From Torpedo marmorata (Eukaryota), in the NCBI GenBank assembly GCA_977017645.1, contig OZ360220.1:137082001-137146000 (forward strand): a DNA stretch of 64,000 bases, written 5' to 3'. Position 1 is the stretch's first letter. Each line of letters opens with the position of its first letter. Below the pieces are notes generated by a model. The model did no database searches. It saw only the letters and a list, made by a program, of their open reading frames with translations, and was not told the origin of the DNA. Position numbers and translations under genes: made by a program. Below are positions 48,263 through 62,977 of this stretch, one piece after another.

Positions 48263-50261
48263 CTATAAAGTAAAGCACCCTTTATTTAGCACTCTCTTCC
48301 ATGAGAGATCTAATTAATATAGACTAAGAAATTTATAGTACGGCCCTTTTTTCCCCCAGATCTGATTAAAATTTAATTTGCATTTGGCCTCACCCTGTCA
48401 GTAGAACAGACCGGTCTCTCCAGCTAGCGTGCAAGGACGGAGCACAGGTGCTCGGCAAACTGGTTGCCTAGTCTGCTTGGTTGCACGGACACAGAGGGAG
48501 CCACATCAAGAGCACAAAATGCAGTAGATGTTGGAGGAGGTGCATGTGAAATTCTGTCTCACCTGGAAGATCTGTTTTGGTCCCTGGATGGATGTGAGGG
48601 AGTAAATGTAGGGACCATATATAGTATCATATAGCATCTAATTAAATTTTAAAGTAACCCATGACATTTTTTTAAGCTAACTTCTGTAGATCTTCTTTAC
48701 AGTTAATTTTAGGCTGCCACATCATGCCCACATTTACAGCTGGTCCACTAAGTAGACTGTAGGTTGAAGCTATCTAAAAATCAACATAATCTTTGGAATT
48801 CATAATCTTATACCTGTATATCCTCCTTGTTCCTTTAGTTTAAATCAGGATTAGCAATTATATTTTGTGCTTCCCCAGAGAAATATAATAGCATTAACCT
48901 TGCTCTGACAAATTATGCATTTAATATAGCATGATATGAGTTATCTTTTTGAGTTTTAAAATTATTTTGCTGTTCACAATGTGTGGATGTTGCTGAGAAT
49001 GTCAGCACTTTTTGCCCACCACAATTATCCCAGAACTGGGGAGGATATTAAGAATCAATCCCATTGATGGATTTGGACTTGCAAAAAGACCAGACACAGT
49101 TATGACACTAGATTTCCTTCCCTTAAGTATTATGGAAGGCAGTGAAAGTAATGGGGTTTCAATGACAATCCAATAGTTTCACAGTTACCTTTACTGAGAC
49201 TTTGTCATAAATTATAGGAATTTAAATTGGTTTGTTCCATGGTGGGATTTGTACTCGCATCCCACCTCCAGAACTTAGTGGGCAAACCACGATACTTCCT
49301 TATTCTCTAATAAATAGAAGCTACAGCACCAGAGTCACTTTACATGTCAGGCACAAGGTTGCTTCACTGGTTCAAGTGGATCCCAGTGACATCTACCCAG
49401 ATGTTTCAAATGGACTCCAATAACTCTTGCTCAGGTGACACTAAAGAACAATACATGGCCTGTGGCCAAATGACTGAAATCCTGCACTGGGAATAGAATT
49501 ATATACCAATTGGTCTCCGTTTCAGATCCTGAATTATGTCTTTAGGAAAATAATCTCTGAAATAATATTTGCCAGGGTCATCAATTTAAAATGTTGGCCT
49601 TGAATTAAAATACTTCTGAATCAGAAGGTTCCAGGCTCAAGGTGCAATCTGTGATTTGAGCACATTATGTAAATTGAATAATAAATGAAAATCAACAAAA
49701 ACTGCAGATGATGGAAATCTAAAATTACATTACCTCTCCCACCCACTCTACAGGTTGTTAAGCTTTTTAGCTCTCTTTCCCAGTTCTGAGGAAGGATCTT
49801 TGAACAAATGTTCACCCTGTTTCTCTTCCCATACCATTGGCTATTTACAGTATTTTCTGTTTTAGTGCAAATTGATACTTTAGTACAATACTACAATAAC
49901 TGCAGCAATTTCAAGAGGGCTGTTGGTCTAACAACATGTTGAATGTTTTAAAGTACATAAAGGATCACATAGCACCATTAGAAGAGGGACTTAGAGTCCT
50001 TGGGCAAGCAAACATGACAGTCATATTCTGTCATCTACAAACAAATGCCACTTAAAAAGTAATTCAGTGGATGTCGCTCCTAGGTGTTAAACAAATTAAC
50101 ATATTCATTGGGCCTAAAATATTAATGCAATTCCAATGGCAGAACTGCAGTAAATTGGATTGAGTTGCAATCCAACTGCATAATGCTAATTTCAATAAAC
50201 TACATTCTGTTTGGCCAGGAAATAACCAGAAATAATAAGGTGAGCAACTGGACTTGCTTTA

Positions 50262-50822
50262 AAAGCACAGAAATGCTGGATTAACTCAGCCAGTCTCACA
50301 GCGTCCATAGGAGGTAAAAATATATTACTGATGTTTCGGCCTGAGCCCTTCCTCAGGCAAGCAAGGACTTGCTTGCCTATTCTTCACGTCCAGTTGTATT
50401 CTACAACACCAGATCTTCCATCTGGGCACCCTCCATTGGATGGCATTAACATCAATTTCTCCGGTTTACGTTAAACCATCAACCCCCCCCCCCTTCTTAT
50501 TCTTCCCTCTGTCGCCTATCCCCGTTATCTCTCTCTCTCTCTCTCTTGCTCCTTTCACAGAGCCAAAATCAATTCTCACCTTCCCTCTTATCATATCCAA
50601 TTAACACCTTTTAGCTGTTGGTCGTAACTCCTCCCCCTGCTATTCTTCAGTCTTTATTCAGATGCCTTCCTGCTTTTTCCTTCTACCTTGAAGAAGGGCT
50701 CAGGCCCGAAATGTCGGTAATATATCTTTACCTCCTATGAACGGTGTGAAACCGACTGAGTTCCTCGACCATTTCTGTGTGTTTTTACTATAATCGCAGT
50801 GACTGCAGACTTTTGTGTTTCA
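50262..50822. mobile_element. Penelope-like insertion with 5'-inverted pseudo-LTR; hammerhead motifs at 50327-50357 (-) and 50684-50719 (+)
   Basis: Inverted ~95-bp arms; + copy TACC-TTGAAGA-AGGGC-TCAG-GCCC-GAAA-TGTC-GGTA; - copy has a CTGAGGA core. Confidence 0.78.
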
Positions 50823-51523
50823 TTCTTCAAGTCCTCCCTGACACCGTTCTTGACTGACATATCGTGTCATGGCTGTATCAAGATCATTTACGTTCTATCT
50901 TCACCTAAGAACCCTTTCACATTTTATCCAATTGAATCTGCATTACCACCAGGAAAACGGCCAGAATATTTATGCTAAATAGGTTTCACTTATTAATCCC
51001 ATGGATATGCCCAAAATGTATAAACACTCCATATATTCTGGCAAACAACAGTTGGAACCTGTCAATTGAAGTAGCAGCATCAGAGAATCATATGTGGAAG
51101 TAAAGCCATCAGATAACTCAACCTGTGTCTGTATTTGTACGAGATAACATGGCACGTTGTACAAACTTACATGCCCTCCTCTTTTCCTCCTCCTCTTTAA
51201 GTGGGCACAGTAGGCACAATGAATCACTTCAATAAACCAAAATAAGCAAAACTATCCTGAGACAGTTACTCTTAGGGACTGCACTCTGTTCTACTCACTG
51301 CCGAATCACAGATCTGTCTGTGTGATCTTGTTCTATGCAACATAGCTGCAGTATTTTTCAGTTACTTTCACAAAATAATTATGCGTTAAGTCCTTCAAGA
51401 TGTTTTGGTATGAAGCTTGAAGACACTGCATTAATGAGTGTTTTGTAAAATACTACTTGTGGCCAATGTGAAACGGGTCAGTTTTACCTCAGAAATACCT
51501 CAGCAATAATCCTGCTCATGTCA

Positions 51524-51628
<105 letters not shown>

Positions 51629-52483
51629 TTATGTAACGATGTTCATAGCAGTTGTTTTACACTATGTGTTGCATTCGTAACATTAGTAACAGCAAGTTAA
51701 ATTTAACTTTGCATCAAACATTCAATCTGAACAGCAAGTTGATCGAGAACGTATGCAATGGATTTAGCTCTTTTTTTCTCATATGGAAAGTTAGTGACAT
51801 AAAATTGAAGCACAACAGAGATGGACAGAGTAGTGTCATTCCACACAGGTGAGACCAAGCGCAGATGAGGCAACCACTTTGCTGAACCCCATTTCCCTAT
51901 CCACACATGACACCTGGATCTCTCGGTTGCCAGCCATTTTAATCCCCATCCCCATACTGACCCTGTCTGTTCTCACCCTTCACCATTTCCAGGGTGAAGC
52001 CAAATGCAGATTTTCCACTGCTTATAAAATCCCTGCTGTTGTTCAAAAATCAGAGGTGACAGTTCTGGTCACAACATTACTGGGCAGACAATAAAAGTAC
52101 AGGAAAGTTCCAAGAGGATTTCCTAGAATGTTAACAGGGCTGGAGAATTTTAGTTATGAAGAAAGGTTCCCTTGGCTGGAGTTGTTTTCTTTGTAACTAA
52201 GGGGCCTGAAATTAGAGGTGCAGGAAATTATGTGGCCTAAACGGAGTGGATAGAAATGACCTATTTCTCTGAGCAAGAGGGTCTATCACTGGAGTGCATG
52301 GATTTATGGTTAATGGTAAAAGGACATGAGGGAAGTTGAGAATTTTTTCTTCTGCTTTTCCTACATCCTCCCTTCTCACTTACCCCTCCAGAGTTTAGTG
52401 AGTTCTGATACTCATTGCCTGAGAAGATCGAAAGGGAAACAGTCACTAAGCATTTGATGTGCTGTAACTACATGGCAACTAGC

Positions 52484-55400
52484 TGTAGCGCGATCAATGA
52501 CCACTCGCAGACACGAAGAAAGTGATCAAAGGCTTTATTAATCAGAAAATCCAGGCATGCCTCTACATGCTGCTGGCTCACGTCCAAGCCAGGTATAAGG
52601 GGAGGAGACTAAGGCTCTCAGCCTTTATTAGGGGATCTAATGGGGAGGTACTACAGGTTAGCCTAGTGAGCCAGTGAGGACATACCCGCAGTACCGTGTT
52701 CCACCACATTCACCCCTCCTTTTTTTGAATGAAGTCCGGCGGGGTGAAGCGGGGCAATGTCCATCAGCACGGGTTTTGTAGTCCATACAGTTCATAGGTT
52801 CAGCCGCTCCGGCAGTTTTATTCAGCGCTGAGATCTCCGAAGTACTACTGGCTGTATCTTTGGATCTAGCGGAGCGGTGGCTTGATCGACCTGCTGGCTG
52901 TTGGAGGGCTGAACTGTGTCTGTGTGTACCGGGTCCGTAGGGGGTGGTGAATTTGTTTGTAAGAGTGGGGGGGGAACACACAAGTGGGGGGGAACACTCG
53001 GGGGGCCGTCTTGGAGGTGGGATCCCTACATCATTTGTCAGGGTGATCCCTGGGGCAGACTGGTCGCTGCCTGGGGATATCGGGTGCACCTCCCGTGCAG
53101 GGGCCCCCGCTCGCGCCAGGTCCCGGATGGACACTGTATCGTCCCGTCCGTCCGGGTACCTTACCAGCGCATACTGGGGGTTCGCATGCAAGAGGTGCAC
53201 TTCCTCGACCAGTGGGTCCGCCTTATGCGTCCTAACATGCTTCCGGAGAAGCACCGGCCCTGGGGTCGTCAGCCAGACCGGCAGCATGGTTCCCGACACT
53301 GACATCCTAGGGAAGGAGAACAATTTTCATGGGGTGTTGCATTAGTGGTCGTGCAGAATAGGGACCTGGTGGCATGCTGCGCTTCTGGGAGGACCTCTTG
53401 CCACTGGGATACGGGCATCCATTTCGACTTGAGGGCCAAAAGGACTGCCTTCCAGATCATACCATTTTCCATTTCCACCTGCCCGTTCCCACGGGGGTTG
53501 TAGCTGGTGGTTCTGCTCGTAGCTATGTCCCTGGAAAGGAAGTATTGCTGCAACTCCTCACTCATGAAGGCAGATCCCCGGTCACTATGAACGTAACTGG
53601 GGTATCCGAACAGAGTGAATACTGTGCGGAGTGCTTTAATGACCGTGGATGTGGGCAGGGGATGGCGAATGCGAAACGTGAGTACTCGTCCACGGTGCTC
53701 AGGAGTAGGTGTTCCGATTAATGGACGGGAGGGACCCCTTGAAGTCCATGCTGAGACGTTCGATGGGGCGAGTGGCTTTGATGAGTTGGGCTCTCTCCGA
53801 TCTGTAAAATTGAGGCTTGCATTCTGCACAGACCGGACAATTGTGAGTCAATTCCCTGACTTCCTCTACTGAGTAGGGGAGGTTACGGACCCTCACAAAA
53901 TGGTAGAGCCTAGTGACCCTGGGATGGCAGAGGCTATCGTGGAGGGCCTGGAGGTGATTAACTTGCACCCTGGCACAGGTTCCTCTGGACAGGGCATCGG
54001 GTGGCTCATTGAGCTTGCCCGGCTGGTACCATATTTCATAATTGTAGGTGGACAGCCCAATTCTCCACCTCATGATTTTGTCATTTTTGATTTTACCCCG
54101 TTTATTGTTAAACATAAAAGCGACGGCTCTCTGGTCCGTCAGCAGGGTGAATGGTCTGCCGGCCAAGTAGTGCCTCCAGTGACGCACTGCCTCCACTATA
54201 GCTTGTGCCTCCTTTTCGATGGTCGAGTGCCTGCGTTCGGGGCCTTGGAGAGTGCGGGTAAAAAATGCCACTGGCCTGCCTGCTTGGTTCAGTGTGGCAG
54301 CCAGAGCAAAGTTGGAGGCATCACTTTCCACTTGGAACGAGACGGATTCATCAATGGCGTGCATTTCCGCCTTGGCACTCTCGCCCTTGATGCCCTCGAA
54401 GGCCTTACGGGCCTCCGCCGATGAGGGAAAGGTTGAGGTTGGGCCTTGTCTGCATAGTTAGGGATCCATTGGGCATAATACGAGAAGAGCCCCAGGCACC
54501 TTTTTAAAGCCTTCGGGTTCTGTGGCAGGGGTAATTCCAGAAGGGGCCGCATGCGCTCGGGGTCGGGGGCGATAGCACCATGCTCCACCACGTACCGCAG
54601 GATTGCCAGCCTCTTGGTGCTAAACACACACTTTTTCTCATTGTATGTGAGATGAGTGCCTTTGCGGTGGCCAGAAACCTCTGCAGGTTCTCGTCATGTT
54701 CCTTCTGGTCATGGCCGCAGATGGTGACATTGTCCAGGTATGGATATGTCGTCTTTAGTTTATTGTCATCCACCATGCGGTCCATTTCCCTTTGGAACAC
54801 TGACACCCCATTCGTGAGGCCGAATGGGACACGCAGGAAATGGTAGAGTCGGCCGTTGGCCTCAAATGCCGTGTACAGCCGGTCTTTTGGGCGAATCGGG
54901 ATTTGGTGGTACGCTGCTTTGAGGTCTATGGTAGAGAAGACCCAATACTTGCTGATCTCATTCACCATATCAGCTATGCAGGGCAAAGGGTAGGCATCCA
55001 GTAAGGTGAACTGGTTGATGGTCTGACTGTAATCTATCACCATCCGATACTTCTCCCCACTCTTCACCACCACTACTTGCGCCCTCCAGGGACTATTACT
55101 CGGTTCTATTATGCCCTCTTCCCACAGCCGCTCCACCTCCATTTTAATGAATTTTCTGTCCCCGGGGCTGTATCGCCTGCTCTTAGTGGCAACCGGTTTG
55201 CAGTCCGGGGTGAGGTTTTGGAACAGCAGAGGTGGAGGGACCCGGAGGGTGGCCAGGCCGCAGGTTGGGTGCCCGACCCGGCGTTCAAGCGTGTGATTCG
55301 GCCTCCTCGGGGGAATGGGCGGGGCCTCCTGGAACTGGTTATTACTGACGGTGAGTGGGGGGTGGGGCCCGTCAAACTGCATCAGCACACCCTTAAACTG

Positions 55401-56982
55401 GCACTGGAAATCTAGCCCCAATATGACGGGTGCGCAGAGGTGGGGCATCACCAGCAGTTTAAAGTTCTTATACTTCGTGCCCTCCACGGTTAGGGTCACG
55501 GTGCAGCTTCCGCGGATTTCCGCAGAGGGGATTTGGAGGCTAGTGCTACCTTTCCTTTGGCTGGGGACACAGTCAGTGAATAACGCTCGGCCATGCCCAG
55601 GTGTATGAAGCTCTCAGTGCTTCCCGTGTCGAACAGGCAGCCAGTGGAGTGACCGTTTACCTCAATGTCCATCATCGATCGCCCCAGCTGGTGTGGTCTA
55701 CTTTGGTCCAGCACGATGGACGCCAAAGTCAGCTCACTGTCTGAGTCGCTGCTGCTATGTTGTTGGGATGGCTGCCGCCAAGATGGCTGCCCGGGAGATC
55801 GTGAAGATGGCCGCCCCCATGGATTGCATGCGGTCGAGTCCGGAGATGAAGCCGGAAGTGACGTCAGTCCTTGTCGCCGCGCCCCTGGTCCAGAAGTTCA
55901 GTTCTCGGCAACCGGAAATGACGGCGGAAGAGGGTCGGCCCAAGATGGCAACGAGGGTCGCGGTCTGCACGCGGCACTGCTAGAGTGGGGCTTACAGCGA
56001 CATACCCTGGCATAGTGTCCTTTCCTCTGGCAGTTTCAGCAGGTCGCGCTACGGGCCGGACAGTACTTTCGCGTGTGTTTGCTTTGGCTGCAGTAGTTGC
56101 ACCTCGCGTGCTCGGCAGTGGCAGCTGCAGCTAGGGGCCCTGAGTCCCAAGATGGCGTCACCCGTTCTCCCCACCTGGCGGCCGTGTGGCCCGCTGAGTA
56201 GGCCTCCGCGTTCTTTTGGGCCGTCTCCATCGCTTGGGCCATCTGCACCACTTCCTGTAGGGACTGATCTCCTTTCTCCAGGAGTCGTTCCCTTATGTGC
56301 TGGGAGCAGAAGCCCGCGACTAGCCCGTCACGGATGAGCTCCTCCTGGTAGGTCGCTGCATTCACGTCCCGGCACCCGCAGGCTCATCCCAGCTCCCACA
56401 TGACCCTCGCAAAATCGTCAACCGACTCACCGGGGACCTGGCGTCGGGAGCCCAGCTGGAAGTGCGCGTACATGGCGTTCATCGGGGCTCCGTATTGCTG
56501 TCGGAGTAGGGCCATTGCCTCTTCGTATTCAGTGCAGTCTCGAATTATTTGGTACGCTCGGTGGCCCACAGCTGCGAAGAGCAGGTCGTACTGATCACCA
56601 TCGAGTGTGATGTTGTGGGCCTCAGGTAGGCCTTCAAACAGTGTAGCCACACATCAAACTTTACAGAGGCCTCTGGTTCCTTTGGATCGATCTCCAGCTT
56701 CTCCAGTCTGATTGCCTTCTCCATGGCACTTTAAAATTCTGATTAATAAATCGTAGCGCGATCAATGACCACTCGCAGACACGAAGAACGTGATCAAAGG
56801 CTTTATTAATCAGAAAATCCAGGCATGCCTCTACATGCTGCTGGCTCACGTCCAAGGCAGGTATAAGGGGAGGAGACTAGGGCTCTCAGCCTTTATTAGG
56901 GGATCTAATGGGGGTTACAGGTTAGCCCAGTGAGCCAGTGAGGACATGCCCGGACATGCCCGCAGTACCGTGTTCCACCACA
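52484..56982 (-). mobile_element. Ty3/Gypsy LTR retrotransposon copy B (4499 bp), full length, frameshifted; inserted in an old CR1 3' end
   Basis: LTRs 56752-56982 (5') and 52484-52708 (3'); TSD CTAGC/CAAGC; gag ATG 56724, two knuckles, protease DTG, RT with YLDN, RNase H, integrase. Confidence 0.95.
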
Positions 56983-59239
56983 CAAGCTAAACACTACAGT
57001 AAGGGAATTGATTGCACAAGAGTTTTCTGGCTGGCATGAAAATAATGGGCTGAATGTTCTCCCTCTTAAAAATAAAGTTCTATAATTCAGAGACCAAAGA
57101 GACATTTTAACACAATGATCTGGAATACATTTTTTGAAATGTGATGGAAAGGTCTTAATCGCAATTTCAACAAGGAAATTACATAAATACTTGAAATAGT
57201 ATGGGGAAAGAGCCAGGGAATGATAACAACTTATTAGTTTCCTTTTCCCCAAAGAGCAAAATGGCAAAGGACAAAATGGTCAATCATTCTACAATTCTAG
57301 CAGACTCCAAGGTCAGATCAAATGCTTCAGATTACAGCGCTAAAATCAAAGAAAAAAAATAATCCAAATGGCACTGCCTGTGGCAAGAGAAAGCAGTAGT
57401 TCTGGCAAAAAGAATCCTGAAGATACAAAATTAAAAGTATTCCAGAGGTTTGGAAGAAAACCTGATCATAGGTACACAGGAATATAAATTAACATTTCAG
57501 AGAATTGTGTTAATGTTGTCAGTATCAATTGATTGATTTTTATTTCAGCATGCACATGCTAAATTATCTACCATTGAACATTCATTAATTCCCCTTGTTA
57601 GCTTCTTGACACCCAACAATGCCAACCATACACCATAGGTTCATCACGATTGTGAAATGCAGCAGCAAACTTCAATAGTGACCTGTTAAAAAACTTAACA
57701 TACAAAGTCCAGACAACCCAAGTGAATGGATTGCTACTGCAACATTCCTCCAGACATCCAAAGCAAGTGTCATTTTGGATTAATTTACTACAGAAGATAC
57801 ACAATACAAAAAAATCTGCAAACTATACAAGATTCTGCCTGGTGGACAATATACAAGCCCATTATTGCAATTGACAATAAAACGAAAAATCTTTTTTTGC
57901 TAAAATTATTAAACTGCAGAACAGACAAGTTCAGATAGTTCTACTTTCATATATATCCTGAAACACAATATCCCAAGGCTTGGACGTCTCCTTATTAATA
58001 GAAATTCAGATCATTAATGCATTTTTGGGTATTTCATCTGTCATTTTCAAGAGTGCAAGGTATTTTAAACATTTTGGCGTACAAGTTTAGAATGCTACAC
58101 TGGAATTGGTATTTAATTTGCTCTTGTGGTCAATTAGACACTAATAGTGGCAGAGCGATAGCAGCAACTGTTGCTTGATATAATGTCTGATGAATCTACG
58201 GCAGTCCAGCCAGAATGGAGCTTCCCAGATTAACTGCGTCTTCTTTTTCCTCTTCCTGTTTCTCTTCTGCTACAACTGAGCAAGGGCTGAGCCTTCAATT
58301 TGCAAGATTATGTGACAAAGAAGGCTGTAATAAATCTCAAAGTGTGCTATGATGTGTGCTCTAGGAATCCTCTAGTTACAATCCTGGCATTGAAGACACC
58401 AACAGTCATATGAATCAGACTGTGGGAGGCAAAATTATCTAATAGTTACATTACCCTTGTGTGCACAAGTTACACAATGAAATCAGGAACCCTTATCTCA
58501 GATTTCAGATCACCTAAAGGTCATTCATAACTTTGTAGACATGACTCGAATAAAGATGGCAAACCACCACTTTCTTGTGGGAAATAATGGAAGAGGAAGA
58601 AACTGCTGGACTTATCAGTAACATTTACATTTCACTTTGGGAAGCTGCAGCGATGAGAGCATCTTGACTGCTCCCTGGATAATGCAATGATGCATTGTGG
58701 TTAGTCACCAGCAAGACATTGAGGGACTTCCTCCTGGTTATGGTACATCTTCTATTCACATGTGGATTTTGCAAAGTGCCGTGACAGTGAATGACACCAT
58801 TCATCATGGAAAACACTGCAATTCTTCCTAAGCCATGTGCTCTCCAGTAAGAGAATGACGTGTATTTAACACTCAAGAAGAGGGCATACCCATCACCTTC
58901 CAAGGAGTCTCCCAAGACAAATATGTACAATTACATCAGAAACAAATTGACCACCAATCAAGAGGGTGTCAAGCACCTGAATTTTGAATCAACTTCCTCT
59001 CAGGTTTAAGGCATAGACGGCTACAAATCAAATAAATGTAAATGGGACCAGTCATAGATAAGTGCAACTTCGTTGACTTCAGGTTTCCTTCAGACTGGAA
59101 GAATTTAGAGGCAGAAGAAGAGTTTACAATCTTGCTTTGGAGTTAGTTTCCTCACTATAATAGTGACAGCTCATTGATACTATGTATTTAATTTAGAGAT
59201 GCACCCATCTGAGAATGCATTAGTGTTAGGCATGTCTCA

Positions 59240-59640
59240 GCTTTGGCACCCTTACCTCTGAAGCAGAACTTAGTGGCTCAAACCACATAACAGAAATTTG
59301 AACAGGAGGACACCAGTTGCACTAGTGGAGATGCCAGCATTGGATAAAATGTTAAACCAGATTCCTGTCTGTCTTCCAAGATGAAAATAAATTACTCACA
59401 GTAATATCATGGAGATACAGGCAGCTTTCCCTCCTGTGATCTGACCAACAATTATACCTCCAGCAACGTGACTAAAACAGATTATCAGTTATTACCACAG
59501 TAGTGTTTATCGACATTGCTCTGTATAAACTATATTTCCTTCCACAGTAATTACTCTTTAAAATGATTTAATTTGTTGTATGGGATTTAGGGACATCCAG
59601 AGGCAGTGAAAAGTACAATAAAAATACACAATATTTTCTT
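59240..59640 (+). mobile_element. Old Deu-domain SINE (SacSINE/AmnSINE-like); a further decayed copy probably lies at ~49610-50100
   Basis: Resembles the recalled Deu core (GTTAAACC...CTAAAACAGATTATC...GGGACATCC.GAGG..GTGAAA); recognised by eye only. Confidence 0.55.
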
Positions 59641-61248
59641 TTGCTTCTGGCTGCAGTATACAGAGCAATGCTGGTTGAAAATCTTAGTGATTCATCTGCA
59701 GCTTTGACTGCTGCCACACTGTTGACCTTGGCGTTAATGGATAAGATGTCAAGCAACTCCTTAAACAGGAATGCCAGTTCATGGACTATTAATAGAGCAG
59801 AATTAGGCTTTACCATAATTACCTGCTGATATTTCATTGTCTGGATCTCCCAAAGCAGCAAGGGGCAAAACAATGCCCTATTTTGGGGCAAAATATTACC
59901 AACATAAGGTAACAAAGTGAAGGTGCACTGCAAGAGTATTCAGTCTAAATAGCTCATACAAGATCTAAATCACTGACATTTACCTGCATGTATCATCCAT
60001 CTTGAATCTAAAACAGTCATTAGAAATTCAGCACCTCAGTCTAGGAGTTGGCAAATGGTAACTAATTAACCTGCAATCTAATTAATAATGTAAAAAAGAT
60101 AAACCAAATCAAGTTTATTTCTCCACGCTGTTATTTGAACAGAAATTTGTCTCCTAAAGAGCAACAAATAACCTGATAATCCAGTTTAGAAATTGTCACC
60201 AAGATTAACACATTTGCTCAAAAATAAGATCATGATATCTTTTACTTCGAAAGGACAAACATCCCACAATTCCTGCTCTGTTCTCTGTAGCAGCCATTAA
60301 AACCACAAGCTACTGACTCAGGGTAATGTCAATGATTTATAGTAGACACAGTATTGTGTCACAAAGAAACAAATAGAATTGCTAAAAATAGTAATTGTCA
60401 ACTAAATATTTCTGAATTCCTTCTGCTTTGGCATATCAACAGCAATAGAATGTACCAGCACAACGTTGAGCCGACAACTTAAGAATCAAACATCATATTA
60501 ATGAAACTTAAAAGCAGTTTGTCTATGACATAATGGAATTTTACTAAAAACCTAAATGGGATCAGGCACATAGCGTATAAGGAGCTCATGCTGAATTTAT
60601 ATTACAGATCCTCTGTGTATATGATGCACAAATTGTCAGGCTTCTGCTGGGATGTCAAAATTTAATTTTAATGTTACTTGTGCAAAAGTGTCTGTGAAGT
60701 TTGAAGAGGATGGGCCTTGCACATTGAAGTAGCTTACTTGACATCGGAAATTGGGGACCCTACCTTAACTGGCAGGAAGCCCAAGGCACATACTGGCATT
60801 TGGATGGGATCTCTTTTAAATGCTTTTTGTAACACTTGCTCCCATTTGTGACTCACCTCCACCTCACCATCTCGAAAACCTAACATTTGGCTCTAAAAAG
60901 CACCTAAAACTCACCTCCTGTTTCTCCCTCAGTTCCTTATCCTCTTTCTGACCAATCACTCGATCCCAATGTCTAAATTAGTCAATTTTTCTTAAAATTT
61001 TCTGTCTGAAGCCATGAAGTTGTGTTTTATGCAAAGAAATATATGATTGCCAATTTACTGTATAGGGAAATAAAAGAATATTAGAATCCCTTTCCTATGC
61101 CAAATACTTATCTGTCACAAGATTATTACCACACATGCATGCCAAGGACAGAGTCTGAATTACCTCACTAGCCTCCACACCATGCAGATGACAATCAATC
61201 ATAAATAAATGTGGGCTTTCAAACCACTTAGAAAATTGTATGATGCAT

Positions 61249-62977
61249 TGATACGCCCATCAATAACTCCAAAAGACTAGAAGTTACACAAGAACTGAAA
61301 GGCTTTTATTAGCTACAGAATGGATCTACATTCGTGCTGATGATCTGTCCCGGACTGGGGGAGGAGTTGTGGCACAATGGCCTTTATTCAAGGGGGTTAG
61401 TTGGAGGAGCCACCGGGACAGTCAGCAGGGCATGTCCAAACCTATCACCAGCCCACAATACATATACAGTGGTTTACCACATTCACCCCTCCTTTTAAAA
61501 GAGTCCAGCGGGGTGAAGTGAACACTAACAACACATTTAAAATATATTAAAGTCAAAGATCAAGTCGATCAGGCGGTCGAGTCTGACGTCGTGATCGGCG
61601 CAGTACTTGTGGTGATGGGGCAGGCGGCGGAGCTACCTCCTACCTAGTTTGGGGTACCAGAACGTCGGGTGACGGCGAAAGTGCTGGTGAGTGTGGTGTC
61701 GTGTTGGGATCGAATGGTACGTCTTGTGTTTGCACGGGGGTAATCGTAACAAGGGGGTGTTCGAGGGCGGGTTCCGGTGCTCCTGCGGGCGCCAGGTCCC
61801 GGATGGAGACGGTGTCTTCCCGCCCATCAGGGAAGACCACGTAGGCGTACTGGGGGTTGGCATGAGCTAACTGGACCCTCTCAACCATTGGGGCGTATTT
61901 ATTGCTCCTGACATGTTTGCGGAGCAGCACTGGCCCTGGGGACGTCAGCCATGCTGGTAGGGTAGTCCCGGTGGTCGACTTCCTGGGGAAAGAAAAGAGT
62001 CTCTCATGAGGAGTTGCATTGGTGGACGTACATAGCAGGGATCGGATGGAATGGAGGGCCTCAGGAAGGACTTCTTGCCAGCGGGAGACTGGTAATCCCT
62101 TAGACCTGAGGGCTAAGAGAGTGGCCTTCCAGACCGTGGCGTTCTCCCTTTCCACCTGACCGTTACCCCGTGGATTGTAGCTTGTGGTCCTGCTAGTGGC
62201 GATACCCCTGGCCAGCAGATATTGTCGCAGCTCATCGCTCATAAATGAGGACCCCCGGTCGCTATGGATGTAGCAGGGGAAACCAAACAAGGTGAAGAGT
62301 TTGCGGAAAGCTTTTATGACAGAGGTGGCTGAGGTATCGGGGCAGGGAATGGCGAAAGGGAACCGCGAGTACTCATCAATAACGTTGAGGAAGTACACGT
62401 TACGGTCGGTGGAGGGGAGGGGACCCTTGAAGTCGACGCTGAGTCGCTCAAAAGGGCGGGTCGCCTTAACTAGCTGTGCCCTGTCAGGGCGGTAGAAGTG
62501 CGGTTTGCACTCCGCGCAGACCTGGCAGCTGCTGGTCATCGTCCTGACCTCTTCCAGGGAGTACGGTAGGTTACGGGCCTTCACAAAGTGAAACAGCCTG
62601 GTAACTCCGGGGTGGCAGAGGTCACAGTGGAGGGCATATAACCGGTCGATCTGTGCACTAGCGCACGTCCCCCGGGATAGAGCATCGGAGGGCTCATTGA
62701 GCTTCCCGGGCCGGTACATAATATCATAGTTGTAGGTGGAGAGTTCGATTCTCCACCTCAGTATTTTGTCGTTTTTGATTTTACCCCGCTGCTGATTGTT
62801 GAACATAAATGCGACTGAGCGTTGGTCAGTCAGCAGGGTAAACCTTTTGCCGGCGAGATAGTGCCTCCAGTGCCTGATAGCTTCCACTATGGCTTGGGCC
62901 TCTTTCTCCACCGCGGAGTGCCGAATTTCTGGGCCTTGAAGGGTACGGGAGAAGAACGCCACCGGTCTTCCTGCCTG
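61249..62977 (-). mobile_element. Ty3/Gypsy copy C (same lineage as A): 3' LTR 61249-61481 plus open RNase H-integrase frame
   Basis: ORF 61640..62962 is uninterrupted (EKEAQA, TDQ, DALSR, HxxxCH...CxxC, DFKG...SDRG...VERE); LTR is similar to copy A. Confidence 0.92.

Noticed and set aside
61560-61800. Chromodomain at the Gypsy integrase C-terminus
   Set aside because: The tail is Pro/Thr-rich, low-complexity and variable among the three copies; no chromodomain pattern is visible
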